From positions 35,464,001-35,528,000 of the forward strand of contig OZ231126.1 in assembly GCA_965153355.1 (NCBI GenBank): DNA of 64,000 nt, read 5' to 3'. The notes below the pieces were generated by a model. That model was not told the DNA's origin and ran no database searches. It saw nothing but the letters and a program-made list of their open reading frames with translations. Made by a program: the position numbers and the translations under genes. This stretch comes from Flaccisagitta enflata (taxonomy: Eukaryota). Positions 13,328 through 27,215 of this stretch are shown here, one piece after another (the stretch's first letter is position 1; every line of letters begins with the position of its first letter).

Positions 13328-13500
13328 GTGCCACTTTCATTTCATTTTACTAAGTGTCTTCCTTTTCAAGTTTGGAAATCAATTTTCATCGAAGAATCTG
13401 CGACACCTGGTCAATCTCGTTCCTCAGCATCTCGCTCTCTCTGTCTCTGTCTCTCTGATTTTCTGTTTCTCTGTCTCTCTGATTCTCTGTCTCTCTGTCC

Positions 13501-13604
<104 letters not shown>

Positions 13605-15177
13605 CTAGTTCTCTTTCTTTTAAAGTGGAAGGCGCAAATTGAACAGCAAATATTCAGGGGAATAAATTAAAATTCAGAGGCAGAAGATATTCATTCATTC
13701 TTGAATTGAGATCCATTTCGATTTTGTTTCCTTTCCTTTTCCAGGCGCCTAAATGTAACATCCAGCAACAGATGCTTCCAGCTTCATTAAACTTACGACG
13801 CTGCGACAAATCGGAGCAAACTGACGCATGGGGAAAGTTAGACGCTGGTTGCTATTCCTTGTTAACTCCCGCCACCAAGGAGATAACTTTTACATACAAA
13901 AGCGGCAGGACCCCATGTGTAATGTGTTGTATTATTAAATATAACTGCGGCTATTCATGACTGGTCAATGAGTCGAGAAGTTTTATGGTTTTATAACGTA
14001 AAATCAGTTTCAACGCATCATGCTTTTTGTCTAACATCGTAGGGGTAGGAGAGATATGAAGCATCATTTATCACATCATATGATAAATGTGCAATGAAGT
14101 GCTTTATTGATTTATCTGTGTGACCAATTTGCAACTCAGCCTCAGGTATCAGCGATGATTGTGCAAGTGAGTAAGCCATGGAGAGATAGATTCTCATCTC
14201 ATGGATGGATGACTGCTGTATTGCCGTGACACCGAAAACGCGTCCTTTCGAAGATTTAATGTTTTAAGGTTGTTAGTCACTATTAGGGAATGGAAGAGCT
14301 TCCTCTGCGTGTGGCTTGTTGACTTCTTGACGTGTTGACGCGTGAATATTGCATAAAAAATTTCGGGCAAGGAATAAAAAAAAAGAGTTTTTCTTGGTTT
14401 AGAAACTTTCAGCCCTGTCATGAATGATGAACTTTTTTAGATAATCATGAAACTTGACAGTTAACTCGCTGTTTCTCAGTTAATTCGCTTCACCAATTCT
14501 TTATTTGGGCATCCTGTAATAGCTACTTGTTTTTCTTTCTTTCGATGAGCGAATATGACTCAATTAAAGGAATACAGACCAAAATGCCTCATCCCTTTTT
14601 GTATTGATGAGACTGTTTTAGCGTGAATGTTAAACGTGATTCTCATTCCTCGTCTTTTTTCTTCGCTTGGGAATTTCCTCCGTTTTACTTCTTTCCTTCC
14701 TTCCTGTTTCTCTTTCCTCCTCATCCAGTTTCCTCTTTTCACTTCCTCTTCCCATTTTCTTTTCCTCTTCCTCCTTTTTCTCCTCCTCTTTTTTACCTTC
14801 TCCTCTTCCTCCACTTTCAGGCGACTTTCTCAATCCGTCTTTGAGAAAATGGACAAAAACCAAAAGAAATTCGTGAGAATAAAAAAGAAGATTTCTAAAA
14901 GAAGGAGAAAAAGACTCAAGTCGTATCTTTCGTGCAAATGTAAAATCATGAATTCGGTGGTAAGTAACCTTCTAGTAGCCCACATGTTAGAATTTTAGAT
15001 AGATATGAAACATTTTTTACATAGATAAGGTCAGAAAGTCATGAGGACCTACATAAACTTAACGGCGATTCCGGACGCACGGCCAAAAAGATGTCGATTG
15101 CGGGTGGATGGGGGCAACATACGGCAGGGCCGGGGCTGTATTGTGGCTGGACAGGGGCAGTTCAATCAGAAATCCCT

Positions 15178-16080
15178 TTTGGGCAGCGGCCCCAAAGGGG
15201 TCGATGACCTATGCTTTCACACATATGGGGAATTTTCTCCTCCTCCTTCTTTTTGGGCAGCGGCCCCAAAGGGCCGATGTCCTGTAGGACACAGGGGTGA
15301 ACCGTTACGTCCGTCTGACAATACGTACGTCCCCCCCCTCCAAAGCTTCTCAAGCCTCTCAGGCCTCAAATCCAGCCTCTCAGGCTTCAAATCTGGCCTC
15401 TCAGACCTCAAATCTGGTCTCTCAGGCCTAAGATCTGGCCTCTTAGGCCTCAGATTCATCCTCTCAGGCCTCAAATCCAGCCTCTCAGGCCTCAAATCTA
15501 GCCTCTTGGGCCTCAAATCCAGCGTCTTGGGCCCTAAATCCAGCCTCTCAGGCCTCAAATTCCCATTGAATAACATGGCAAATTGAAAAAAAATTGAAAA
15601 AATGCAAAATTCTCAATGAATATCACGGAAAATTACCCCAAATACGCCCTCTCAGGACATATGGAAATTCACCCCTGTGTCCTACAGGACATCGGCCCTT
15701 TGGGGCCGCTGCCCTGCTCCCACTCCACTTCTTCAAGTAATCACTCCAAGCAGGGCATCGGGCACCGCTGACCATGTGCGATCCTTGGATGACTTGTTCT
15801 TCTTCTTCTTCTCCTCCTTCTCTGTCCCCCCCCCCCCCCCCCGCCCGACGCAAATCCTACTATGAGGTCCAAATCCCAGTCTCGAGGCCTAAATCCCAGC
15901 CTCAAGGTCGAAATCCTATCCTTGAGGCCCAAATCCCATTCTTTAGGCCAAAATCCCAGTCTCAAGGCCCAAATCCCAGTTTGAGGCCCAAATCCCAGGT
16001 TCGAGGCCCAAACCCAATCCTCAAGACCCAAATTCTATACTCAGAGCTAAAATCCCAGCCTGAAGGCCCTGAAGGCCCTA
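15178..16080 (+). mobile_element. GGGCAGCGGCCC-family HINE-like element with a same-family element nested inside (~15252-15797); 3' end deleted
   Basis: The inner element has ~47 bp inverted repeats and a 21-bp CTCTCAGGCCTCAAATCCAGC array and is absent from copy B. Copy B (52777-53327) retains the intact outer element. Confidence 0.75.
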
Positions 16081-17032
16081 AAAGAAGCAAAATTCAACTG
16101 GAAATGATTCAGAAATATGATATGATGATTTTTCGGTGCGCCATAGCACCTCTACAAGAGGCTCTGTCCTTTCGAACTGATTTTCTTTTAAATTTTTTCA
16201 CCTTCCGTTCTATGCACGAGTTGGGCTTTGAAAAAAATACTGAGTAAGGAAGCTAATAAAGGAGCAAACGTGTGTAAAAAAACACGGGGAATCCGATTTT
16301 GGACTTTTCAGAGCCCTAGAAGGCTGGGTTTATAAACGGCCCTAAAAAAAACAGCCAATAATGGCCTTGCATGAAAATAGCAAAAGTCCCGGGAACTATC
16401 GGTAACAAATAATTAGGAACAATAATTTTTATAACATAACCCTCAATAAGAATTACCTTAGATTGACCACTGGATGGCTGTGAGGCTACAATAAAATACA
16501 TACATGTATTGTAAGCAGGATACAATGACGATACGAAGATATTCTTTCAAATTGTCTCACTCCTCATGCAAAGGCGCTATGAATCAATGAAATCAAAAGA
16601 AATCGTCCCCGTTTTCGTCGTCTTTGTCATCGTCGTTGCCCTCGTCAACGTCGTCGTCGTCGTCGTCGTCGTGACGGCCGTGAACGCCGCCGCAGTTTCA
16701 CTCCTCTTCCTCCTCCTCACTTTTTTCGAAGGATTCAGTAGTCACTAAGTCAAATGGAACCGAACTGGCGAATAAGGTCCAAACTGACGCAACATCGACG
16801 TTCTTAAATAGAAAATAAATGAAAATAAATCATGAAAAAAAAATGATTAACTATGAAAAAAAAGCAAAACAAAAGATTCATTCCAAGTTTTCGATTTTTT
16901 GTTTCAAATCGTCAACCAAGCTTTTGTAATGACAGAAATTTAACGCATTTAACAGAATTTTGGGTGGATAGTGGCATATACCGATAAACTCATTCCGCCC
17001 TGCTTGTAAAGTCACTGGTAGCTACAAACTTG

Positions 17033-17133
<101 letters not shown>

Positions 17134-17693
17134 AATCGCGTACTCGGCAGCTTATTTACACATCCATTACGCATGAATAAATCTTCGAATTGACTAATTG
17201 ACTTTCACCTCTTACGCTGAATAGTGCCAAAAATACAATAACCAAGAAAAATAGGAGCAAAGTGAAAAAAACTCGAGTCTCTGCACTCTTGAAGATAATG
17301 TAAAAAAAGACTAACAATAGATCAATTATATCTAAAAACGCCCAATCAACACCTTAATCTGTATTTTATCTCTCATACATTGGCTGAGATTGCGCCTAAG
17401 CACCGTTTAAAGAGTTCAGTTATGTCTTTCTTTCTGTCAGTCCGTCGATCATGTTTCCGAATTATCCCGTATAGGTATTGTGCGCCTTCCCACCTAAATG
17501 CAATTTACCAAGACTTGTTTCGTATCTTCTTTCCAACAGAATCACCTAATTTTATCATCAAATTTTTTTTTCTTTTAATCTAAACCGAAGGTCCAGTGGA
17601 AAGACCCATGATGATGAAATAGGTATCACCCAAGTTTGCCTAGTCTGTGCCCAGGACAGTTATTTTTCAAACGATCCAGCAATAACACACATA

Positions 17694-17911
17694 CAGTTGA
17701 ACCTCACAATGACGGGTGCCCAGGGACCAATAAATTCTATTTTTTGTACTGTTATACTACACTGCTGTTCTACACTTATTTGGGTGAATACAAATCAATC
17801 ATGGTAAGATTTTCGATATTGCCAACATACAAATTTAAAAAATGGTATGAAGGCACTAAGATTTTATATTATTGGCAGGTTTCTTGGAGCCATTATAACA
17901 GGGCGTAACTA
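17694..17911. mobile_element. Degenerate Tc1/mariner-like MITE
   Basis: TA-CAGTTGAACCTC...GGGCGTAACTA-TA; resembles the cleaner MITE at 32471-32647. Confidence 0.55.
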
Positions 17912-17915
17912 TATA

Positions 17916-18907
17916 CCGGGTGGACATAAAAAAATCTCTGAATTTGTACATATGATTAGAATATACACATTCAGATTATGTAAGATAAACCAAAATATTT
18001 TTTTCTTAGCATTATTGCCTGTTTATAACTAACAAGGCCAACACCTATAAGTCGCGTGCGAGACATAATTACTTTATTACATAACCACATAACTAAAATG
18101 ACTTTCATTGAATTTAATTGACATAAGATGACTTAAAATGATTTGAAATGACCTAAAATGACTTAAAATGACCTAAATTGACTTGAATTGACCTGAAATG
18201 ACTAAAATGTTTAAGTGACTAAAATGACTTAAATTGACATAAATTAACAAAAATTGACTTAAAATGACTTTAAATGACTTGAATTGACCTAGAATGATTT
18301 AAATTGAATTTAACTGACCTAAATTGACTTAAATTGACCTAAAATCACTAAAATGATCACAACTATTAAAATAACTCAAATAACTAAAATTGACTCAAAC
18401 TGACTTAAAATGACCTAAAATGACTAAAAATGATCTAATTTAACTTTAAATGATCTAATTGACTTAAAATGAGTAAGTAGGAATAAAACGAATAAAAAAA
18501 GTAAAGTGTGACCAACCGACCGATGGACAAAGCGCTGTAGCACGCGACTAAAAATAGTAATTAGTTATTATTAGTGTTTTGGATGTGTATTTGGTTTTTT
18601 ACTTAAAAAGTCTTGGTTTTTTTAGTTTTCTAAGACCCACTTTTATTCAACTATCTTTATTCAAAAGTAAATTTTGTAAAAATCATTGATTTTTGGTAAA
18701 ATTTAAGCAAAATTTTTTAAGTGGTCCCTGATTCAATTCAGTTTTTTAAAGATTAAATGAAAGATATTGATCCTCATAAAAAACGTTCACAATGAAACAT
18801 GCAGGCCACGAACATATCTGAGTAGCTAAAAAAAAATTTTCTACTTAGAAGAAATTTTGAAAATACTATCCAAAAAATTAAAAGCTACCTTTTTAAAGAC
18901 CACCCGT
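17916..18907. mobile_element. Old Tc1/mariner-like element containing a nested HINE-like element (~18031-18554) with a 10-bp AAATGACTTA array
   Basis: Outer ends TA-CCGGGTGG.. and ..CCACCCG. The inner element has AACAAGGCC.. and ..GTAGCACGCGACTAAAAA ends, with a degenerate 10-bp array at ~18090-18470. Confidence 0.55.
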
Positions 18908-19508
18908 TTTATAGTTTCTTTTGCATTTTAGTTGACAAGTATTTTGTAACTATATTTTTCACTTTTTGTTGCACATATCATATATATAGTTACAGTGGTT
19001 ATGATACCATGACAGTCCACACTTACGTGGTGCTGTCTCCACCCATACTGGTTTGACCGCGCTATCGTCATCATCACCATCATCGGAACAATAACACGGT
19101 GGCAGTTAAGCTGCATATTAATGATGTTTCATGCTCATCTTTCTCGCGGTTAATGTTCTCTTCCCGGCCGAATAATGACCTCATGAATTTTAAGAAACGC
19201 ACTATCATTGCGACCAAATCAACTTCTCTTAGGTATGTTTTCCTTCTTTTCATTTCTTAAATTCTGTATCGCAAAATTTTGTCTTTCATCGTCTCTTGTG
19301 TCACATCTTATGTCTCTCTGTAGCAGCTCCAGTATGTCAGTCTGTCCTTCTGATCCTCCCTTAGTCTGTCCTTATTTTATATCTGTATGTTTTTTCCTCT
19401 CTGTTCTCTGTCTGTCTCTGTCTGTCTCTGCCTCTGCCTCTGTCTGTCTCTGCCTCTGCCTCTGTCTGTCTGTCTGTCTGTCTCTGTCTGTCTGTCTCTG
19501 TCTGTCTG

Positions 19509-19608
<100 letters not shown>

Positions 19609-19876
19609 CATATATATGGCCGAGAGATGCTTCCCGCAGTTGTTAATGTTACAGCTAATTTTCCCTTATGAATCTAGGCGATCTAGAGATGATGGCCTTT
19701 AGAGTGTTGCCGCGTTAACCATCAACGCATCAAAAGTGGAAGAGGGCGGAAGATGCCTACTAGTAAAGAGCTCAAATGTGTAGATGAAGTGTGCATTGTG
19801 CAACGCACACGCACACGCACACGCACATGTGCATTTGTATTGTTAAGCGGAAGAGAAAGAGAGCAAAAAACAGAGA

Positions 19877-19974
<98 letters not shown>

Positions 19975-20511
19975 GACAGAGAGAGACAGACAGAGAGTCA
20001 GAGTAGAAGACACAGAAAAACAGACAAAAGAGATCATGACAGTAGTGGGCAGACAGATAGACGGACAGACAGACAGACAGACAGAAAGTCGGAGCAGTGG
20101 ACAGACAGAAAAACTTACAGATTGGTGGGCGAAAAGCAACTAGGAACGGCTAATGACTTGGGCCGTCACGAAGAAGCGCTCATATTTCCGACAATTCAGA
20201 TTTAAAGCATCATCAAAAACTATTTCCTCCTCCACCTCCTCTGCCTCTTCAGCCTCCTACTTGTTTATGTGGCAGCGCGTTTACGACCTAGCTGACCAGT
20301 GACCATCAAACTATGAAAGCGAGTTATGACCTTTCTAACTTTCTCCTCAGTGCTTAACAAACAAATTATTAATACCTTGCAGTGAATTTCTCATCAGTTT
20401 TAATTATTTCATAATTTCATAGTTTTCCAGCTTTGCTGTCATAATAAACTCATGCTTTTTAGCAGTAGTCTGGGGTTTTTTTCCCTTTTTAATTTCTTGA
20501 CCTGATCTGTA

Positions 20512-20544
<33 letters not shown>

Positions 20545-20575
20545 TTCTGTCTGTCAGTCTGCCTGTCCTTTGACC

Positions 20576-20660
<85 letters not shown>

Positions 20661-22224
20661 TACAGCATGCTAATCGAGGGGAGATCATTCGAGTGGATGA
20701 TTGCATTGGCATCATTGCATCGTTGCATCATGATTCTGCACCATGGATCGCCTCATCGCCATTTTTTTCCGCATTTATAACATTTCATCGCAGAGGAGAG
20801 AGGAGAATGTGAATCTGATAATTTAGACCGATCCTGAATCTGTTCCAAGCTGGTAATGATGATCTGGCTGGATGAGTAATGTTCAAAATCGTTTCCTAAC
20901 TAGAATTTAGTGAGTGCATCAGGCCGCAAATGACGGTGTAATTGCGTCGGTGGCCATGTGCTTGTAACGAGGCTCTAATGACACCCGGCATGCAGTAGCC
21001 ACGCTCATCACGCTGTACAATGTACATTGTACAACTGTGACGGTCGAAAGTCAAAACCTAGAATTGACAACTTTCCGTTCCGTCGTGTTTTCATCCTTTC
21101 CCATAGATCGATCTTTTCGTTGATGAATTCTGCAAATTACCCGATGATAATTGGCAATGTATGTCAGTCAATAATTTCAATGTCAAACGTTAAGGCAAAC
21201 ATTGACTTCCTGTCTTTGATGTGGGAAATTTTTTTAAACGAGTCAAAACGCTTAGGTATACGTGAATACGGTACCGCATGAGTTCGCACGCACTTAAATG
21301 GCGTGCACGTGAGCATGAAGACTCAAATCGCGTGCGCCTAATCAGGATCGCACGCGAGTTTGTTCCCTGCCGGAGGAACCCACGCGGGAGGCGCGGGCGG
21401 GAGGCCCGAGAAGGACTCACCACTCCCACCAGATTTGGCGCGCAGATTCGTATGCAAAGCGCATCTTCTCTCCTCTCCAATCTTCCCAGAGCCACAGCAA
21501 CAATTGACCGCAATCTCTTTAAGGAACAAGTTTTTTTTTACTATCTTTTTTTTCTCTAAGATTGAGTAGAGTGGTAGTGGTGATGTAATGGTGGGTAGGA
21601 TGTAATGAGAGCGGTTATGATAAAGGGGATGGTGGAACGCTGTCTGTGGACGTGGGGTCAGTGATTAAGTTGGTGGTAGCGTTGCCATTTTCGCAGGAGC
21701 ACCAGTGCTGTGGTGACAACGAAACAACGAGCTTAGGACATATGACACTTTTACGCACTCATCTGTTGTCTCAGTTGAGATATCATTAAAATGATGTAAC
21801 ACCTTGTCAATTATGTAACATTGCAACGTAAGAGAAATTTCGTTTTTAAAATAAAAAAAGCGAGTGTTCCGCCATGTTTGTTTCAACATAAACTCACTCC
21901 ACCACCGTCCACCAATAGTAATTATCATGAAGATTGTGAATGGGGGATCCACTTAAATCTGCCACATCGTCTCCGCAATTCAATGAGACTCGAATTAGAT
22001 TCAAAGATCAACAACTCGAGAGTTTCTCCCATCACCAGTCGTAGCTTCCATTTAAAAAGAAATCTGTAACAAGAGAGAAATGGGACAATTGGTTACTAAG
22101 CTTATCTCAAGCAGTTGCAATTTGAGTCGCGCGAATGATTTCTTTAGGGTCAGAGTCATTGGTCGGCTTCTCTATTGCAAGGCGGCCGTATTTGGGGAGG
22201 TTATGAAGGTTATGGAGGTTAAGA

Positions 22225-22382
22225 GGACTGCGGTCCGAGTGTTATGTCTGAGGGAAGGGGACTATGGTTGGGGTGTTATGTCTGAGGGTTGGGGGCTGTG
22301 GTCCGAGTGTTATGTCTGAGGGAAGGGTACTGCGGTCATGTTGTTATGTCCGAGAGAAGGGACCTGCGGTCAGGGTGCTATA
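22225..22382. repeat. Degenerate ~32-bp minisatellite
   Basis: Repeated GGACTGCGGTCCGAGTGTTATGTCTGAGGGAAGG-like units, about 5 copies. Confidence 0.75.
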
Positions 22383-22653
22383 TTTTCATCAGTTTATGGA
22401 CAATACTTATTGAAAACGAAGAAGGGAGGCGCGCAGACGCGCGTGGAGACCGGAATTCGGAAAAGAAAATTAGAAGAAAAAACACTTGCTTAGGCGAGAC
22501 GGCGAGAAAGGGAAACCTCGATGTTGATATTGAACGTCTGTGTTACGACATTTCGATTTGTGACATTCACAGAAATGGAAATCAAGGCAGAAATGTAATG
22601 GTTTCATGGACTGATGATTTACGGACCAATCGAGTGACTAATAGAGTCACGTG

Positions 22654-22719
<66 letters not shown>

Positions 22720-22752
22720 CGACTACAACATCAGCAACAACAACAACAACAA

Positions 22753-22931
<179 letters not shown>

Positions 22932-23095
22932 ACGAAAGGAGAATGCCGGATCTGTTTATGGCTTGGTGATGGTCTCGGTCTGTGATCATGAGGCAATGCG
23001 CTTACGATTCTATGGTGCATAGATATCTATGGTGTGGAGAATCTATGGTGCGAAGATTCATGGATGAAGAAAATCAAAATGGAGAGATTCGAAAT

Positions 23096-23150
<55 letters not shown>

Positions 23151-23285
23151 GTCATTGGTCTCTAAGAGAGGGGGAACTAGCAAAAAGGGGCGGTTGGAGA
23201 AAAGGGTTTATGGGCAGGGAGAAAGAGAAGGGTCCTCACCTGAACAATTGATATTTATTATAATGCTAAAGAAGAAATTAATTTT

Positions 23286-24411
23286 ATTTGCATGCTACGC
23301 GACTATACACCCCGCTATGACGGTCGGTCGGTTGGTCGGTCGGTCCGTTGGTCGGACCCCTTTTTCCATTTTCGGCGTTTTTGAGCATATGCACTAAGGG
23401 CCACGGATTGCGCTAGATGGCTCCTTGGGTATTTGGGTGAAAATTTTCATCTCTGCTATAAGGCTCAAACTAAGTAGAATGGTCATGGTAGCATTTGAGC
23501 ATATATTACCGGTCCATATGACAGGGTTTATGGCAATTTAGAGTAAAAAAAAGCCGACTTAAATGGACATTACTATGAAAAATGCTAAATTTCAAGAAAA
23601 ATCAATGAATTTTTTTGATTATCTGTTAAGACTACAAAAAGCTCATGATATCTTCAATATTGGATTAGATTCCTTCATTAATGTTTAAATGTCTGGAAAA
23701 ATATAAAAAATCATTATTTTTTACATTATTAGATCTTTTGCATTAGTTTACTATTACAACATATTTGACCTAATTTGCATGGTTTTATTACCCTATAAGT
23801 ATAAAAAATCGCACAAGGACGCACAATGAGCGACCTATGCCTAAATATAGTTCAAGGGGTCCTGAATCCAGAATGCTATGGCTCAAGCGGGCCTTCGACG
23901 TCCAAATTGCGATTTTCTTGGCCTAAAATGGACAAGTAATAATATGGATAAAAGTAAAAATTATGTGGATGAAAGTAAAAATCTATATTTGATTGGAAGA
24001 GATATGAGCAAAATGAACTAAATGAGCAAAAAAATGATTTTTTTTCTTTGAGCACCCTATTAAGGAATCTTATTGAACAAAGACAAAAATTTAATTGATT
24101 TGGTCAAAAAATTAGACAATTTAAATACCAAATATAAGTAAGTTTAGCAGTATTTTTCACTTTATTTTCTCAAATTTCTCTTCTTTTGCACCCTAAACTC
24201 ATAAAGCTCTTAACCCAATAGGATTGAGTCAATATTGGATATGAATAGTTTCATAACATCTGAAAATATGCAGAAAAATAAGGAATGAGCCACCTAGCGC
24301 ACAATGCAGCCCACAGTGATACGGCTCCTGCCCTGATGCCCCAGTGACCTTCTCCAGCAATGCCCCTGCCCACCGGCACGCGACTAGAGTAGCCGTGTAT
24401 CCGGCCTTGTT
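23286..24411 (+). mobile_element. HINE-like element interrupted by a Transib-like insert
   Basis: 5' GCATGCTACGCGACTATACACCCCGC plus (GGTC)n; 3' GTAGCCGTGTATCCGGCCTTGTT. Confidence 0.7.
23392..24318. mobile_element. Transib-like non-autonomous element (CAC...GTG, 5-bp TSD)
   Basis: Left CACTAAGGGCCACGGATTGCGCTAGATGGCTC; right end read inward CACTGTGGGCTGCATTGTGCGCTAGGTGGCTC; flanks ATATG / ATACG (one mismatch). Confidence 0.7.
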
Positions 24412-24916
24412 AATTTACTCGGGGGCACGGATAGAAACAAACAAAGTTTAAAATGGCGCCAAATAGATGATAAATGAATAAAACCTGAGCAACCACGGGA
24501 GAGCGGAACTAGGAGAACCCTGATAGTCACCTGTGGTTGGGTAGGGGCAGTTAAGTAAAAAATGCTTGGAACGTAAAAGGCAAAACAAATTGAGATAGGC
24601 CTTAACCGCTCCCTTTTGAACGTAACAAGTCATAATTGGCAAAGACATGCACTGTGTGGATCTTCGAACGTCTGCGTGACGGACTGGTAAACGAAAAGAT
24701 ATGCCATTTTAAAAAGATATGCCATTTTGTAGCCGTGTTATTGACATGAAGGATGGACTGACAGACGGAGCGAGACAGTTTACAACGTGTAGAGTCCTGT
24801 GTGTACCCAACTGCGAAGGAAAGTGTTGTGCAGCGCCGCAATACGTACTAGGATAGAATCATAGAAGCAGTGTGGAAACAGCGTGGCAAAAAGGAGGGCT
24901 GAGGAGGAAATGGGAA

Positions 24917-25890
24917 CGACACAGTGGAGGATTCACATAAATAGGCAAAGAGTAGAAAAGAGTGGAGTGGAGAGAAGAAAGAGAAGAAGTATGAAGAGAG
25001 GAAAATGAAAAAAATAGGAGAGTAGAGGAGAAAGAAAAGAAGTTTGAAGAGAGGAAAATGAAAGAGGAGAGTAGAGAAGAAAGAAAAGAAAAGAAAAGAA
25101 AAGAAAAGAAACAAGGCCGGATACACGGCCACCACGACACAGTGGAGGATTCACATAAATAGGCAAAGAGTAGAAAAGAGTGGAGTGGAGAGAAGAAAGA
25201 GAAGAAGTATGAAGAGAGGAAAATGAAAAAAATAGGAGAGTAGCGGAGAAAGAAAAGAAGTTTGAAGAGAGGAAAATGAAAGAGGAGAGTAGAGAAGAAA
25301 GAAAAGAAAAGAAAAGAAAAGAAAAGAAAAGAAAAGAAACAAGGCCGGATACACGGCCACCACGACACAGTGGAGGATTCACATAAATAGGCAAAGAGTA
25401 GAAAAGAGTGGAGTGGAGAGAAGAAAGAGAAGAAGTATGAAGAGAGGAAAATGAAAAAAATAGGAGAGTAGAGGAGAAAGAAAAGAAGTTTGAAGAGAGG
25501 AAAATGAAAGAGGAGAGTAGAGAAGAAAGAAAAGAAAAGAAAAGAAAAGAAAAGAAAAGAAACAAGGCCGGATACACGGCCACCACGACACAGTGGAGGA
25601 TTCACATAAATAGGCAAAGAGTAGAAAAGAGTGGAGTGTAGAAAAGAAAGAGAAGAAGTATGAAGAGAGGAAAATGAAAAAAATAGGAGAGTAGAGGAGA
25701 AAGAAAAGAAGTTTGAAGAGAGGAAAATGAAAGAGGAGAGTAGAGAAGAAAGAAAAGAAAAGAAAAGAAAAGAAAAGAAAAGAAACAAGGCCGGATACAC
25801 GGCCACCACGACACAGTGGAGGATTCACATAAATAGGCAAAGAGTAGAAAAGAGTGGAGTGTAGGGAAAGAAGAGAAGAGTATGAAGAGA
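24917..25890. repeat. Tandem repeat of ~220-228 bp, about 4.3 copies, each containing a HINE-like 3' end and an (AAAAG)n tract
   Basis: Unit CGACACAGTGGAGGATTCAC...AACAAGGCCGGATACACGGCCACCA starts at about 24917, 25135, 25363, 25586 and 25809. Confidence 0.95.
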
Positions 25891-26156
25891 GGAGAAGGAG
25901 AAAGAAATTTAAAGAGTTGCGTGTCCGCAACTGAAAAGAAGAGAAAAAAGAGAACAGAAAAAAAGAAGAGAAAGGAGAGAAAAGGAGAAGAGAGAAGGAG
26001 AGAAAAGAAGACGAGAAAAGGAGAGAAAAGGAGAGAAAAGGAGAAGGGAGTGAAAAAAAGAGTCTCGACTGTGAGGCTCGTGATTCGAATTTGTTTCGCT
26101 TTTTTGGTCCCGAGAGAATTTACGCAAAGAAGGATTAATCGTCGAACGACATTGAT

Positions 26157-26242
26157 GCTGATGACGATGATGATGGGGATGACTCCGTCCTTGTTGTCGT
26201 CGTCGTCATTCTCATTGTCAGCTGCGTAGTCATTGTCCAGAT

Positions 26243-26339
<97 letters not shown>

Positions 26340-26365
26340 GATTTTGTTGATGATGATGATGATGT

Positions 26366-26417
<52 letters not shown>

Positions 26418-26505
26418 AACGACGATGATGGGGATGACTCCGTCCTTGTTGTCGTCGTCGTCATTCTCATTGTCAGCTGCGTAGTCATTGTCCAGATCAT
26501 TGTCG

Positions 26506-26596
<91 letters not shown>

Positions 26597-26611
26597 CGTT
26601 GATTTTTTTGT

Positions 26612-26695
<84 letters not shown>

Positions 26696-26781
26696 CGACG
26701 ATGATGGGGATGACTCCGTCCTTGTTGTCGTCGTCGTCATTCTCATTGTCAGCTGCGTAGTCATTGTCCAGATCATTGTCG

Positions 26782-26857
<76 letters not shown>

Positions 26858-27025
26858 CGTTGATTTTTTTGTTGATGATGATGATGCTGATGACGATGAT
26901 GATGGGGATGATGATGATGATGATGATGCTGATGATGATGATGATTGGGATGACTCCGTCCTTGTTGTTGTCGTCGTCATTCTCATTGTCAGCTGCGTAG
27001 TCATTGTCCAGATCATTGTTGCTGC

Positions 27026-27113
<88 letters not shown>

Positions 27114-27132
27114 GATTTTTTTGATGATGAAA

Positions 27133-27182
<50 letters not shown>

Positions 27183-27215
27183 GATGCTGATGCTGATGAT
27201 GATGATGATGATGAT
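26157..27215. repeat. Compound minisatellite, 4 units of conserved core + (GTT)n + (GAT)n
   Basis: Core GGGATGACTCCGTCCTTGTTGTCGTCGTCGTCATTCTCATTGTCAGCTGCGTAGTCATTGTCCAGATCATT repeated four times with variable trinucleotide tracts. Confidence 0.95.

Noticed and set aside
13745..13960. Possible downstream exon of the secreted-protein gene (strong TTCCTTTTCCAG acceptor)
   Set aside because: No clear donor, and an indel between copies changes the end of the frame; cannot be supported without transcripts.
15217..15576. LDLRPER-repeat ORF (and the RARDRSD ORF at 54364-54834)
   Set aside because: Translations of 21-bp arrays inside HINE-like elements.
20680..20760. Possible pre-miRNA hairpin
   Set aside because: Pairing is weak and I recognise no known mature miRNA.
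24848..25930. Phe/Leu/Ser-rich membrane-protein-like ORFs
   Set aside because: Translation of a pyrimidine-rich tandem repeat containing TE ends.
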